Below, one piece after another: positions 1-9,926 of a DNA stretch of 64,000 nt (within the stretch, counting starts at the first letter, position 1; each line of letters opens with the position of its first letter). The notes below the pieces were generated by a model that was not told where the DNA came from, searched no databases, and saw nothing but the letters and a program-made list of their open reading frames with translations. The position numbers and the translations under genes are program-made. Origin of the DNA: Acidobacteriota bacterium (GTDB lineage: Bacteria > Acidobacteriota > UBA6911 > RPQK01 > JAJDTT01); assembly GCA_965209055.1 (NCBI GenBank), contig OZ242374.1, positions 5,280,001 to 5,344,000 on the forward strand, in the 5' to 3' direction.

Positions 1-377
1 GGGAAACCGGGCCGTCTATGGTAGTTCACCAGAAAAATTATGGCTCGCGCCTCTTCTCGCGCCTCTTCCGGCACTTTGGCAGGAAGCTGAACCACCGTTG
101 CGATGCCGGGCGCAGCCCCCAATTCCTGGAGCCGGTTGAGAATGATTTCTTGGGCAAGATTCTCTTTGAATGTGGGAGTTGGGAATTGAACGATCACCAG
201 GGCCCCCGCTCGATTCGGCACCAGAATGTCCCGTTCCTGAAACGAAACGAACTGGGGATCGGGAACGATGAAGGGACCTGCGACGGGCTGTTGGCGGCAC
301 CCCGGCTGGGTCGCCAGCACCCCAATGACGGCGACGGACAAGGCTGCCGCGAACACCGTCTTGTCGACACGCCGCAT
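1..377 (-). CDS. N-terminal part of a secreted GH20/GH84-like paralog (runs off window edge)
   Basis: Not in ORF track. Manual translation from ATG 377: MRRVDKTVFAAALSVAVIGVLATQPGCRQQPVAGPFIVPDPQ... with signal/lipoprotein-like N-terminus, the same (V/I)P(D/T)PQ motif as the other paralogs, and a GAGGAG RBS just upstream. Confidence 0.75.
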   Translation of the reverse strand, partial: MRRVDKTVFAAALSVAVIGVLATQPGCRQQPVAGPFIVPDPQFVSFQERDILVPNRAGALVIVQFPTPTFKENLAQEIILNRLQELGAAPGIATVVQLPAKVPEEAREEARAIIFLVNYHRRPGF

Positions 378-391
378 TCTGAATCTCCTCG

Positions 392-2770
392 TCAGTTGCC
401 GGACGAAACGGCTTCCCGAATTCGTTTCAAGGCCGCGAGAGAGCTTCCGACTTCACCGCCGGAGGGATGGAGCGTCTCCGTCCCAAACTCGTTGCGAACG
501 AACACTTCGAGGCGCTCGGCCTGGTCCCGGATCAACTCCCTTTGGACCTCTTTCGCCCCGCCGGGCGCCATCAGGAAATACGAGTGCAGGTTGGAAATAA
601 GTTCGGCAAACCCCGCTCCGAGCCGTGCAGTCGACAACAGGTGCTCCAGGTCGGCCCTGGACTCCTCGTAGGGCCCGGTCACTCTGAGTGCTTCTTCCAG
701 GAGCCCTGCTCCCTTCCGCGTGACTCGTTCCCACTTCCTCCAGCGGGATATGAGGCGCGAATGAAGATCGTCTGACGAAAGTTGGTGTTCTTTCATGAAC
801 TGCAATAGACGATCATGCTCAATCTGTCCGCCCCAAGTCCTTCGATCCACTGCAAGATTCCGCCACATGGCCGTGAGCGGATAGAGCCTGGGCCACATTC
901 TCGGCGGCGTCTCATCGGCGGTGGCTTCCTCGAAGAGGGTGTTGAAACGCACCATCGAGGGCGCCGCCTTCTCACCGTAGAGACGGATGCAAGCCCGCTC
1001 GAGCAAGCCTCCCTGTCCATAGATCTCCTCCGGCCAAATTCGATTGTGTTGGAGGTCCAGCCGGATCGTCATCGCCGTCTCGTAGGACTTCGGGTCCCGG
1101 TAAAACCCGGTGGACTGAGCGTTCCAACTGTATTCGGCGTCAATCCACTGGAGCGGTTCCTGGTTGAACCCGTTCCCGCCGTCATAGATGGTGCCGGCTC
1201 CCAAAAACGCGGCGTTCAATGCCGGAGAAGAGGTAACGGGATAGTCGTTGTAGAAATAGTTTGCGCCACTACAGAAGAACATGAACATCTTGAAGGGCCG
1301 GTCCGCCCTTACCATCGCCTGGTTGTAGTCGTCGACAAATCGCCTGGCCGTATCCTGCTGCGGAAAGATCTCGCGGAATCCGATCTGAATGTTTCTTGAT
1401 GCCGGCAACAATCGCGCCGTCTCTTCCCAGAGTTCAATGACATTCTGCCAATCCGCCGGATCTCGGGAGTCCGTGATGTAGACGGGCGAAATCGGGACGA
1501 CGACACAGTCGCGCGAGGCATCGTAACCGGTGTCGGGATTCTTGACGCTGAAGATGGCTTCGATCAGCTCGCGGTATCCATGGGCCAGTCCGGCGGCTCC
1601 GCCATCCGGAGCCTTCAGGGCGTCGTTCGGCCAGCGGGCGCGGCAACGGTCACAGCGCTGCAGCCAGGAGCCCTGCGTGCCGTTGTATCCCCCAAAATCC
1701 TCGAAATGAATATAGAGCGCCCCAGGTTCCGTCTTCGCCACATAGTTTCGGAACTCTTCGGCCTTCAGCCGATTGAGGTCATCATTGGCCCGGCAGCTGC
1801 CTGTGGTTCGAGGATTCATTCCTCCTTTTCTCTTGTAAGGAAATCCCATACATTCATAAACCTTCCCTTCGGGATAAGATTCCCGATTCAGGAAAAGCTT
1901 GCCCAGATAAGGCGCTTCTTCGTAAAGAGGACCGCCCTGGTAGCTCATGCCATAGCTTGCGCCATAGCCGGCGGACATCAGATGGATGCCCCGCTGGCGG
2001 GCGTACTGGTTCAGTTCCTGCATCATCACCGCGAATTCGGGGAACAGATCCGTGCCCCAGCCATATCCGTGAAACAGGACCATGTTGATTTTCTGCCGCA
2101 GGCAGAGGTCGAGCTTTCGCTTGATTCGTTTGGTATAGGCCTCGACCCCGTCGCCCCAGTCATAGCTCCAACGATCGATTTCAACGTTCATCAGCCAGTC
2201 GGCAGCCAGCCTGTATTCGAAGTCGGGATGGTCCCTGATCTGACAACCTTCAATCCGGATCTCACCGGCCGCGCCCTGGATCAACTGCGCCAGAGAGACG
2301 GCTGCGTAGAGCACACCCTGGTCTCCGGAACCGATCAGGTAAATGCTTCGATTGGCCGGATCGACCCAGAGGACATATTCCTGGCCGGTTGCGCTGGGGG
2401 AGCTCAAGAGCTCGCGGTCACTGAAGCTCAATACCTCGCGCCGGGCCGAGTTGCCTGGGCGTGTCCAGTCGGCATAGGAGGCAAGCAGGATCTTCAAATC
2501 ACCGCCTGATTGTTGTTCCGACAAGCCGTAACGTTGCGGTGTGATCTCCACTTCCGCGTCCCGTAGGGCCCCGTCGATCAAGCCGACGGCGATTTCCAGC
2601 TTTTCGGACGGCGTAGCGGGCAAGAGGTAGTCGACCGTAACTTCCCCACTGAGGGAGATGGCGCCATGTGTCCGCTGAAAATCCTGAGGCGTCGGCAAAA
2701 CGCCTGAATCTTCTCCGTGAAGGACGATCGAGGGGGTAAACAAGAACAGAATGAGAACGGCTTGCCTCAT
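392..2770 (-). CDS. Secreted glycoside-hydrolase-like protein (GH20 domain-2-like N-terminus + TIM-barrel-like domain)
   Basis: Start moved to MRQAVLILF (GGAGG RBS). Motifs VLPTPQ, QEYVL, GVLYAAVSLAQL, IRDHPDFEYR, ALYIHFED, AEYSWN. Confidence 0.75.
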   Translation of the reverse strand: MRQAVLILFLFTPSIVLHGEDSGVLPTPQDFQRTHGAISLSGEVTVDYLLPATPSEKLEIAVGLIDGALRDAEVEITPQRYGLSEQQSGGDLKILLASYADWTRPGNSARREVLSFSDRELLSSPSATGQEYVLWVDPANRSIYLIGSGDQGVLYAAVSLAQLIQGAAGEIRIEGCQIRDHPDFEYRLAADWLMNVEIDRWSYDWGDGVEAYTKRIKRKLDLCLRQKINMVLFHGYGWGTDLFPEFAVMMQELNQYARQRGIHLMSAGYGASYGMSYQGGPLYEEAPYLGKLFLNRESYPEGKVYECMGFPYKRKGGMNPRTTGSCRANDDLNRLKAEEFRNYVAKTEPGALYIHFEDFGGYNGTQGSWLQRCDRCRARWPNDALKAPDGGAAGLAHGYRELIEAIFSVKNPDTGYDASRDCVVVPISPVYITDSRDPADWQNVIELWEETARLLPASRNIQIGFREIFPQQDTARRFVDDYNQAMVRADRPFKMFMFFCSGANYFYNDYPVTSSPALNAAFLGAGTIYDGGNGFNQEPLQWIDAEYSWNAQSTGFYRDPKSYETAMTIRLDLQHNRIWPEEIYGQGGLLERACIRLYGEKAAPSMVRFNTLFEEATADETPPRMWPRLYPLTAMWRNLAVDRRTWGGQIEHDRLLQFMKEHQLSSDDLHSRLISRWRKWERVTRKGAGLLEEALRVTGPYEESRADLEHLLSTARLGAGFAELISNLHSYFLMAPGGAKEVQRELIRDQAERLEVFVRNEFGTETLHPSGGEVGSSLAALKRIREAVSSGN

Positions 2771-2832
2771 CGCGATGCCTCCATCTGATGCCTTTTTCCG
2801 GAGCATGGGAGCCTGCCCCACCAACGAGATTT

Positions 2833-2868
2833 CCCACCAAGATAAAACGGGGACCAGGTGATGTCCAC
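2833..2868 (-). promoter_or_regulatory. Conserved sigma70-type promoter, copy 1
   Basis: TGGACA-N17-TATCTT; spacer nearly identical to copies at 8268 and 23776. Confidence 0.7.
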
Positions 2869-3084
2869 ACGGCTGCTGGATGTCTTGGACGAGGCCAAAC
2901 AGGCGTTACTGGCAGTTGCTGTTGCCAAGTGGATGAATCGTAGGCGATTTCAGGTCCCGATTACCGGAGTGGCTCGTTGACTCGAGTGTGCCGGAGTCCT
3001 TTCGGCGAGGTGAGATACAAGAGATTAGAGGAGTTCCCCCCCGAACGACGTGATCCTGAAGGCGATCGGGTGGGTTCCAAACGC

Positions 3085-3480
3085 GACGACGGGCCGCGGC
3101 GTGTGGGTGATCGAAGCGAAAGGAGACTGGAAAGAGATCTTGGAAGTTCTATTGAATCAAGGACATCGCTTCGCCATCCGGCATCGCGGAGACCGCCATC
3201 CGGTATCCGGTCACCGGCGCAAGAGCGTCCAATAGGGCGGACGGTTTCCGTCGTCAGCACTGGGAGGTGGTGATCAAGGAGACGAGTTCGGGAGAGCAAA
3301 TCTACGCCGTGGAGTTCGGGTTTCGGAAGGTGCGTTGTCTGGGGCGGACGGTGGATCTGTACTTGGTTGTGGATGGGCTGGGCATGAACCCACTGATCCT
3401 CCTCACGAATCGCAAGGTGATGCCGTTGCGGAAGAGCCAGTGGCGGGTCGTGGAGAGCTGGCTAGAGCTGACGAGGGAAT
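3085..3480 (+). pseudogene. Degenerate DDE (IS4-like) transposase fragment
   Basis: Frameshifted pieces GRGVWVI...ILEVLLNQGHRFAIR and VIKETSS...RKVR...LYLVVDGLGMNPLILLTNRK; related remnant at 34420-34710. Boundaries approximate. Confidence 0.55.
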
Positions 3481-3567
3481 CAAGGCGGTCTGGACGGGGC
3501 TCGTCTCGCCGCACACCCGGTGCACCGGAGCGACTTCTGTTCTTTCATAATGTCGTCCAACCACGTA

Positions 3568-3790
3568 TCAAGCACCCGAACGGCCCTGCCGCTGTGCCGA
3601 CGTGCAGTCCGCAAACAGACCCAACTGCTGTTCCTTGATCCGATTCTCCATGTCTCTCCGCGCGCAGTAGATCTTCTCGCATAATCGCCGCCCCTCGCAT
3701 TCCTGGACCGGGACCGAAGTCACAATGTACCGAGGCCCGGATTTCACCCATCTCTGGGCGGGCCTCTCGCCCTGGCTCAACGACTTGGTA
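3568..3790 (-). pseudogene. IS1380-family transposase fragment
   Basis: PRYIVTS...IYCARRDMENRIKEQQLGLFAD resembles the IS1380 Y-x2-R-x3-E-x2-IKE signature. Confidence 0.65.
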
Positions 3791-4575
3791 AACGGTGGGT
3801 ACGGACAGCTGAGTAGCAATCACAATCCCGAGACCGGAAAATCGGACTACCCGGCATCCTGGTTTTGGACTGCCCTGCTCATCGCTACCGTAGCGATGCT
3901 CTCCAGCTCGGCTTGGTTATGGGCCTGCTTAGGTCACGTAGATCGCGCGGACGCTAGTCTGGATGGGATGCATGCAGAGTCCTGGGACTGCTTCGTGGTC
4001 ATGCACAACGGACAGGAAGTTAGAATCATCGCCGAGTGTGCCCCCATTGTCCCCCGCAGTCTTGACTGGACCTGAATTGGTTTTCGTTTTCGCTCAAGTC
4101 GGGCGGCGCCGATTGATGCCGATCATATTGAGGGCGGAAGCACGGCCCCAGGAGCAGCTGACCAGACACCTACAGGAGTGGTCTGGCTCCGATAAGATCG
4201 ACTTATTATGCACTTCCGTGAGCAGATAGCATAGTTGCCAAATGTACGCCCTCAGGGTGAATGGTTGTACCGCTCTGCTTTCATCACATGTTCCACAGAT
4301 GAATTGGTCAACATTCCGAGACGATCTCCCAGCCACGCTAGGATCTCGGTTACAAGCTGACTTTTCTGCTCAATGGTCAGGTTGCCATCATCTCCATGCG
4401 GCCCCCGCGAACCCGTGGCGCCTGGGGAGCCTGGGGCGGCATCGGACTGTGCTCCCCCGAATCCTACACAACCGTCTCCACCACTACCGCCATCGCCGCC
4501 CGGGCCACCATCACCACCGTTGCCCTTCCTCAAATCGATGGCCTCCTGGTTGATGGACTGCTGGTCTTGGGGGCC

Positions 4576-4722
4576 ACCATAAACGATTCGCACACTGCCT
4601 CCGTTCCCACCCCGCCCGCCGGTCCCTCCTGGCCTACCATTTCCTCCCCGTCGGGCTGGTTCCCAGCCGCCAAATCCCGCGCAATCGCCATCAGCACCGT
4701 TACTCCCCCGCGAACCCTTCTT
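4576..4722. repeat. 147-bp target-site duplication, left copy
   Basis: Reads identical to 6628-6774 and directly abuts the IS terminal IR. Confidence 0.95.
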
Positions 4723-6627
4723 CCTGACTTCGACGGTTTTGAACCGTAAGTTATTGATTTAATTATGCAAGTGTTCTCAGAGTACACTACAGAGCTAGGA
4801 AATGGAGAGCGGGGCGGGGTTCAACTCTGGGGACGATTTGGCGACAACAGCAGGGTCGTGGTCCGGCGGAGGGTGAGGCCGACCGTCTTGTAGAGCAAGC
4901 GCTGCTCCCGGGTGGAGCCGAAGGGGACCAGGTAGCGGTTGCCGTTGCCCTGATCGCGGATCAGCGAGACGGTCACGTTGCCGAGTTCCGCCAGGATTCG
5001 GTCCTCGCTCAGCGACGGCTGGCCGGCATGCTGCCGGGCGTACTTCCAGCGCAGGATGCGCAACAGCGCGAAAGCGACGTAACAGAGGGCGACGTGGGCG
5101 CGAACCCGGCGCTCAGTCCAGTGAAAGACCGGGCGTACCCGGAGCGTGTGTTTGAGCACCCGGAAGCCCTGCTCGATCCTCCACAACTCGGCATAATGCG
5201 CCCGGATCTGTGAGGCGGGGGGTTCGCCCAGGCTGGTCCAGACCCCGTGCAGTCCATCAAAGAGAGCATCGCGTTCGATCGCCTGGCGGTTGAGCGTGAC
5301 CGCATGGCGTTTCAGCTTCAGGAACCGTCCCGGGCGCCGCCCGAGCGGTTCTCCCTTCGCGATCTTCTCTTCGGCCTTCTTCACCGCCTGCTCTCGGGCT
5401 CGGGCGTCCCGGCGCGCCTTGCTCGGACAGTACCGCACCACCAGCCGGCGACCGTTGACTTGCCGTTCGGTCAGACGCCTCAGACGTCCCTTCCGGTCCA
5501 GCGGCTGTGGAGTCCACTCCTGCGGAGAGCCCAGGGCAGCGAAGTCGGCCCGCTTGAGCTGCCGGAGCCGTGCCGCGACCACCCAGTCCAACCCCGCCTT
5601 TGTCAGCGCCCGCAGGTTCTTGTCGCTCAGCAACCCGGCGTCGGCCACCACCACCGCCCGTCCAACTTCGAACTGCTCTCGCAACTCCTGAAGCATCGGC
5701 AACAGCGTCTTGACCTCCGTCGTGTTCCCCGGGAACAAGCGATACCCGACCGGCAACCCTTCCGTCGTCTGCATCAACGCCAGCACCACTTGCGAGCGAT
5801 ACGGTTTCCCGTCCTTGCTGTATCCCTTGCGTCGCAAATCGTCTTCCACTTCGGTCGCGAAGGAGAGCGTCGTCGTGTCCAGGAACACGACTTGCACCGG
5901 CCCTCCCAACAAGCCCCGGACGGTTCCGTCCAAATGCTTCAGCAATCGGCTCTGCCGCTGACGATTCAGGCGATCCATCATCCGGTAGACCCGCTCCAGG
6001 GGGAGGTTCACCCCCTGCTCGGACAACTCCGCCGCCAGGTGGCGCTTGCTTTTGCCGGGCGCAGCCAGGCGCGCCAGCATCAACTGCCGGAACACCCGCT
6101 CGGACCCCCGTTGATTCCGGGGCCAGAGGCGAGCCAGACCGAGATCGTCGTAGAGTTGGCCGAAGACCTCGTGAAAGCCCAGCTTCAGATCCTTTTCTCC
6201 CTGGAGCTTCCGGGCGTCGGCAATCGGGATCGGCCCCAAAGCCTTCCGCTCCCGCCGCGCGGCCACCGCCTGCTCGGCCAGATACGCCGGCGGGAACAGC
6301 GCGGGCTGCCGTTGCTCCAGCAGGCGCACCTTCTCGTACTCGGCGACCCGGAGGAGTTCCTCAAGTGCGGGCCCCTCGGGAGCGGAACCCATGGAGCGGA
6401 TCAGGCGCTGGCGGGGTTGACGGTGTTCGTTGCGGTAAGACTCGACAATTTGGACGACGACATTGGGCGTGTGTCGGCGGCGAATCTGTCGCACAAACAT
6501 GGGGAAAGTCTAACAGAACAATAAGATAATATCAATATTCCAGGTACACTACAGACGGGCCCAAAACTCAACCTCAATGGGCTCAAACGTTTCCGAGCCT
6601 CAGCGCCGATAATTTGTCGAAGTCAGG
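4723..6627 (-). mobile_element. IS1634-family insertion sequence (1905 bp)
   Basis: Perfect 12-bp terminal IRs CCTGACTTCGAC...GTCGAAGTCAGG, single transposase, long flanking direct repeat. Confidence 0.92.
4821..6500 (-). CDS. IS1634-family DDE transposase
   Basis: Motifs FLDTTT, GYSKDGK, VVVADAG, Y-x-ELWRIEQGFR-x-LK, RPVFHWTE-x-RVRAHV. Confidence 0.92.
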   Translation of the reverse strand: MFVRQIRRRHTPNVVVQIVESYRNEHRQPRQRLIRSMGSAPEGPALEELLRVAEYEKVRLLEQRQPALFPPAYLAEQAVAARRERKALGPIPIADARKLQGEKDLKLGFHEVFGQLYDDLGLARLWPRNQRGSERVFRQLMLARLAAPGKSKRHLAAELSEQGVNLPLERVYRMMDRLNRQRQSRLLKHLDGTVRGLLGGPVQVVFLDTTTLSFATEVEDDLRRKGYSKDGKPYRSQVVLALMQTTEGLPVGYRLFPGNTTEVKTLLPMLQELREQFEVGRAVVVADAGLLSDKNLRALTKAGLDWVVAARLRQLKRADFAALGSPQEWTPQPLDRKGRLRRLTERQVNGRRLVVRYCPSKARRDARAREQAVKKAEEKIAKGEPLGRRPGRFLKLKRHAVTLNRQAIERDALFDGLHGVWTSLGEPPASQIRAHYAELWRIEQGFRVLKHTLRVRPVFHWTERRVRAHVALCYVAFALLRILRWKYARQHAGQPSLSEDRILAELGNVTVSLIRDQGNGNRYLVPFGSTREQRLLYKTVGLTLRRTTTLLLSPNRPQS

Positions 6628-6774
6628 ACCATAAACGATTCGCACACTGCCTCCGTTCCCACCCCGCCCGCCGGTCCCTCCTGGCCTACCATTTCCTCCC
6701 CGTCGGGCTGGTTCCCAGCCGCCAAATCCCGCGCAATCGCCATCAGCACCGTTACTCCCCCGCGAACCCTTCTT
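6628..6774. repeat. 147-bp target-site duplication, right copy
   Basis: Reads identical to 4576-4722. Confidence 0.95.
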
Positions 6775-7692
6775 GCCACGAGCACCGTTCCCTCCGATTG
6801 CCTTAATGTTTACGTCCTTGACGCGTTGGGACACAATATAAATTGACCCAGCATCGGAGCCATCCAATCTTGCCTTCATCCCATCAGTACCAGATACGTC
6901 TAACGTACCCCCATTGACGGACTCTGCGAAAATCCAGATTTTTGGAGCACGAATGATGGCGTCTTCGGATAGGGCTACGTTTTGTGCGACGATGTAGACT
7001 GGGTCAGGTGAATCAACACGTTCATGCAATTGGATAGTACGCCCGCGGATCAACTCCGATAAGTCAGTCTCGGCAGATATTCGGACATCCTGACCGCTGT
7101 TCATCGGTGTCCTGCCGACGGTCGCTGACGCATCCCTCTCCGAGGATTTCGCCGAACTGCCTAGGTTGTCAGTTTCGGTGTTGTTTGGGGATACTGCTCC
7201 TGATTCCGGCTTCTTCTGGTCAATTCCTTGCCCTTCACCGCTCATGTTGGACGCGTCACCCTCAGGCTTAGAATTGCTATCTCTCAAGATCCAAAGACCA
7301 GCAAACAGAAGCAATGCAGCAAACGATACGCCGACCCCCCATATGGAAAATGTAGCCTTGGCAGCAGGATTAGAATACCAAGGCGTTGGTCGTGAATCTC
7401 GGTCGTGTTTTTCTGTGCTCGACATCCTATGATTCCTCCTAGCCGAAATTGCTCAACACGGACGCGACAATCGGGTTATTAACAGCATTTCAGTGGTTTT
7501 TTGTCCACATGAATTCGAGAGCCGTTTCGTCGGCTCGAATGCGGTCACAAAAGCCGAAAACCGGACACCTCCAAGTGCATTTGATCTCTCACCGGCACTC
7601 ATGAGCGACGTTTCTTCCCCAGAAAGCCGACTCCAGGGCAGAATTCGTCCAACGGACTCCCAACTGGACGTCTTCCAAAGGACTGGTTTTCG

Positions 7693-7860
7693 CTAACAGC
7701 GAATCGGGAGGGCTTGGACTTGCGCCAGAGCCGTCCTCAATAACCCCACATTCGGGTAGCTCTCGGAAAACGTAAGGCAGGCCTTGTGCGTCGTGATCCG
7801 GACCTGGGCCCCGATCTTCAGCAATCTCACGCGCAGGGACCAGCTCTGCGGGTGAAGAAC
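7693..7860 (-). pseudogene. IS1380-family transposase C-terminal remnant
   Basis: SLRVRLLKIGAQVRITTHKACLTFSESYP; compare TLRRRMLKIGVRVRETTRRIWIHLSSAYP in the IS1380 at ~37340. Confidence 0.65.
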
Positions 7861-8267
7861 TCCGCAATGCCTTCGTTGCCTTTGTCGAGTAGTTGGAATC
7901 TGCCGCCCGCACATTAATTACATCACTATATTGATCACTTACCGGCAGGCATAGTATGAACGTGTGATATTGGGGTGAAATTATAAATTATTTAACTGAT
8001 AGATCCGTGAACTCTTGCGCCAGGCCGCGATCACCGGCTCTTACTGCTCTCACCGGAACCCGGCAGGACGAATTCCTGGTCCATTGAGATCCGGGACTGG
8101 CTGAGGACATCCTCACGTCTGGCGGGACTCTGGAGGAAGATCGTCAATCCCGACTCCTCCTACGGGCATTTTGGAGAAATCTGGGAATTTCTGCAGTTTC
8201 GTATACGATTCAACGTCGGCGGGATTAGTTTCGCGCCCGAAGAGGGCCCTTCAGCGCAGAGATCACG

Positions 8268-8303
8268 GTGGACTTCACTCGGTTCCCGGTCTATCGTAGT
8301 GGG
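8268..8303 (+). promoter_or_regulatory. Conserved sigma70-type promoter, copy 2
   Basis: TGGACT-N17-TATCGT just upstream of the 8331 operon. Confidence 0.7.
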
Positions 8304-8330
8304 TAACCTCGTCCTTGGGAGCACGTCGCG

Positions 8331-9443
8331 GTGACATTTAAACCTCGCATTTTCAAACTCTTACAACTAGGCATCGTCTTGCCCGCCATGCTCTTCGTGC
8401 ACTTGTCCGCTACGGACCCGCGCGTCGATGCGCTGGCCAACGAGGTGCGGGACAAGGGGTGGATCATTTACAGCGCCCGCACGGAGAGCGGCGACTGGGA
8501 CCTTTACATGAGCCGTCCGGACGGCAGCCGGCGACTCAATCTGACGAATTCACCCGACCAGCACGAAATGGGGGCGCGGTTCTCGCCGAACGGGAAGAAG
8601 CTGCTCTACCGCCGGCTGGCCGTCGGCTCGACCTTTCACCATCTCAACTGGGGCCTGCAAGGATCTCTCGTCATCGCCAATTCCGATGGGAGTCACGCGG
8701 TTGAATTGGGCGGCAAGGGCGACTACCCGTGGGCTTCGTGGAGTCCGGACGGAAGGCAAGTCGCTTGCTTGTACAAGGCTGGGATCAGGATCCATGACAT
8801 CGAGACCGGATCTGTGGTGAGCAAGATGCCGCGCCAGGGCATCTACCAACAACTGTTCTGGTCCCCGGACGGGACTATGCTGTGCGGCCCGGCAAATCGA
8901 CAAGGAGACGCTTGGGGCGTCGTGCAGATTGAGATGAATACGGGGACGCTACACTCGGTCAGCGGTCCCGGCTGTTGCACCGGTGACTGGTTTCCTGATT
9001 CCGGGCGTCTGATCTATTCTCACCGTCCTGCCAATCAAGAAATCACGGACGGGGGTGAAATGGCTCGCCGCTCCGGTCAAAAGCTCGAACACGGGTGGAC
9101 CCAACTCTGGATGGCTGACAAGACCGGGCAAAACCGAAGCTTGGTCTATGGCGAGGATGGCCGTCATATCTACGGGGGCCAGGTATCGCCCGACGGGAAC
9201 TATGTTCTCTTTACGCGATCCCCTGAAGAAGACCTCAAGGTGATGCGGTCACAAACGGATCAGACCGGAGTGCGTCGAAAAGGCGCTCCCATGGCGCTGA
9301 TGCGATTGAGTGACGCTCCGACCATCGGTGGCGAAAGCAAGGCCCTTCGCAAACTGCACGCGGCAACCAAGGATGGACCCGTCTTGCATCTTCCCGAATC
9401 CTGGGAGCCCCATTGGACCTACTCTGAAGTTCGACGGAAGTGA
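8331..9443 (+). CDS. TolB-like (PD40/beta-propeller) secreted protein
   Basis: Signal peptide; repeated FSPNG/WSPDG/WFPDS/VSPDG blades. Confidence 0.8.
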   Translation: MTFKPRIFKLLQLGIVLPAMLFVHLSATDPRVDALANEVRDKGWIIYSARTESGDWDLYMSRPDGSRRLNLTNSPDQHEMGARFSPNGKKLLYRRLAVGSTFHHLNWGLQGSLVIANSDGSHAVELGGKGDYPWASWSPDGRQVACLYKAGIRIHDIETGSVVSKMPRQGIYQQLFWSPDGTMLCGPANRQGDAWGVVQIEMNTGTLHSVSGPGCCTGDWFPDSGRLIYSHRPANQEITDGGEMARRSGQKLEHGWTQLWMADKTGQNRSLVYGEDGRHIYGGQVSPDGNYVLFTRSPEEDLKVMRSQTDQTGVRRKGAPMALMRLSDAPTIGGESKALRKLHAATKDGPVLHLPESWEPHWTYSEVRRK

Positions 9444-9925
9444 GACCGCTAATAAAGCTTTCTTCCGGTGGACGTTCCTTCACGTCCGGTCTGTTCCTGA
9501 TGGCGCTGTCATGGCCTGCGTGCAGCGGACCTCAGCAACTTTCCGGAATCGATGCTGAGATCACCACTGCGGGAAGTGTGGAGATTACCGCCGAACTCCT
9601 GGAGATTCCGGGCAAGTTCCCGCCCAACGATCTCTACGACTATGCCTACGTCCTGAAATACAAAGTCCGGGCAGTCCATCGCGGACAGGTCGGTTCCAAG
9701 AACATCCTGGTGGCCCACTACAATCCGCTGAAACTGCGTTCCGAGGCCGAGGATGAGTTCACGGGCAAAGTCGGTGGCACCGTGCGGCGTTTCAGAGAGG
9801 GAGACCTGCATCGTCTCGCCTTGGAGGAGCCACTCGATGACCACTACATGGGGGGTGTGATCGACAAGTTCCAGGAAGACGGGACCCGCTACTGGTCGGT
9901 CTGGGCCAACCTGGTCATAGAATAG
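9440..9925 (+). CDS. Hypothetical lipoprotein
   Basis: GTGA overlap with upstream gene, Cys after a hydrophobic stretch (WPAC), abuts the MBOAT gene. Confidence 0.7.
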   Translation: MRPLIKLSSGGRSFTSGLFLMALSWPACSGPQQLSGIDAEITTAGSVEITAELLEIPGKFPPNDLYDYAYVLKYKVRAVHRGQVGSKNILVAHYNPLKLRSEAEDEFTGKVGGTVRRFREGDLHRLALEEPLDDHYMGGVIDKFQEDGTRYWSVWANLVIE

Positions 9926-9926
9926 C

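Larger units (their letters stand above)
4252..7425 (-). pseudogene. Membrane-anchored Gly-rich (collagen-like) protein interrupted by IS1634
   Basis: 7425-6628 joins in frame to 4575-4252 (...GGSVRIVYG|GPQDQQ...), giving 373 aa with one TM helix and G-x-x repeats. Confidence 0.8.
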
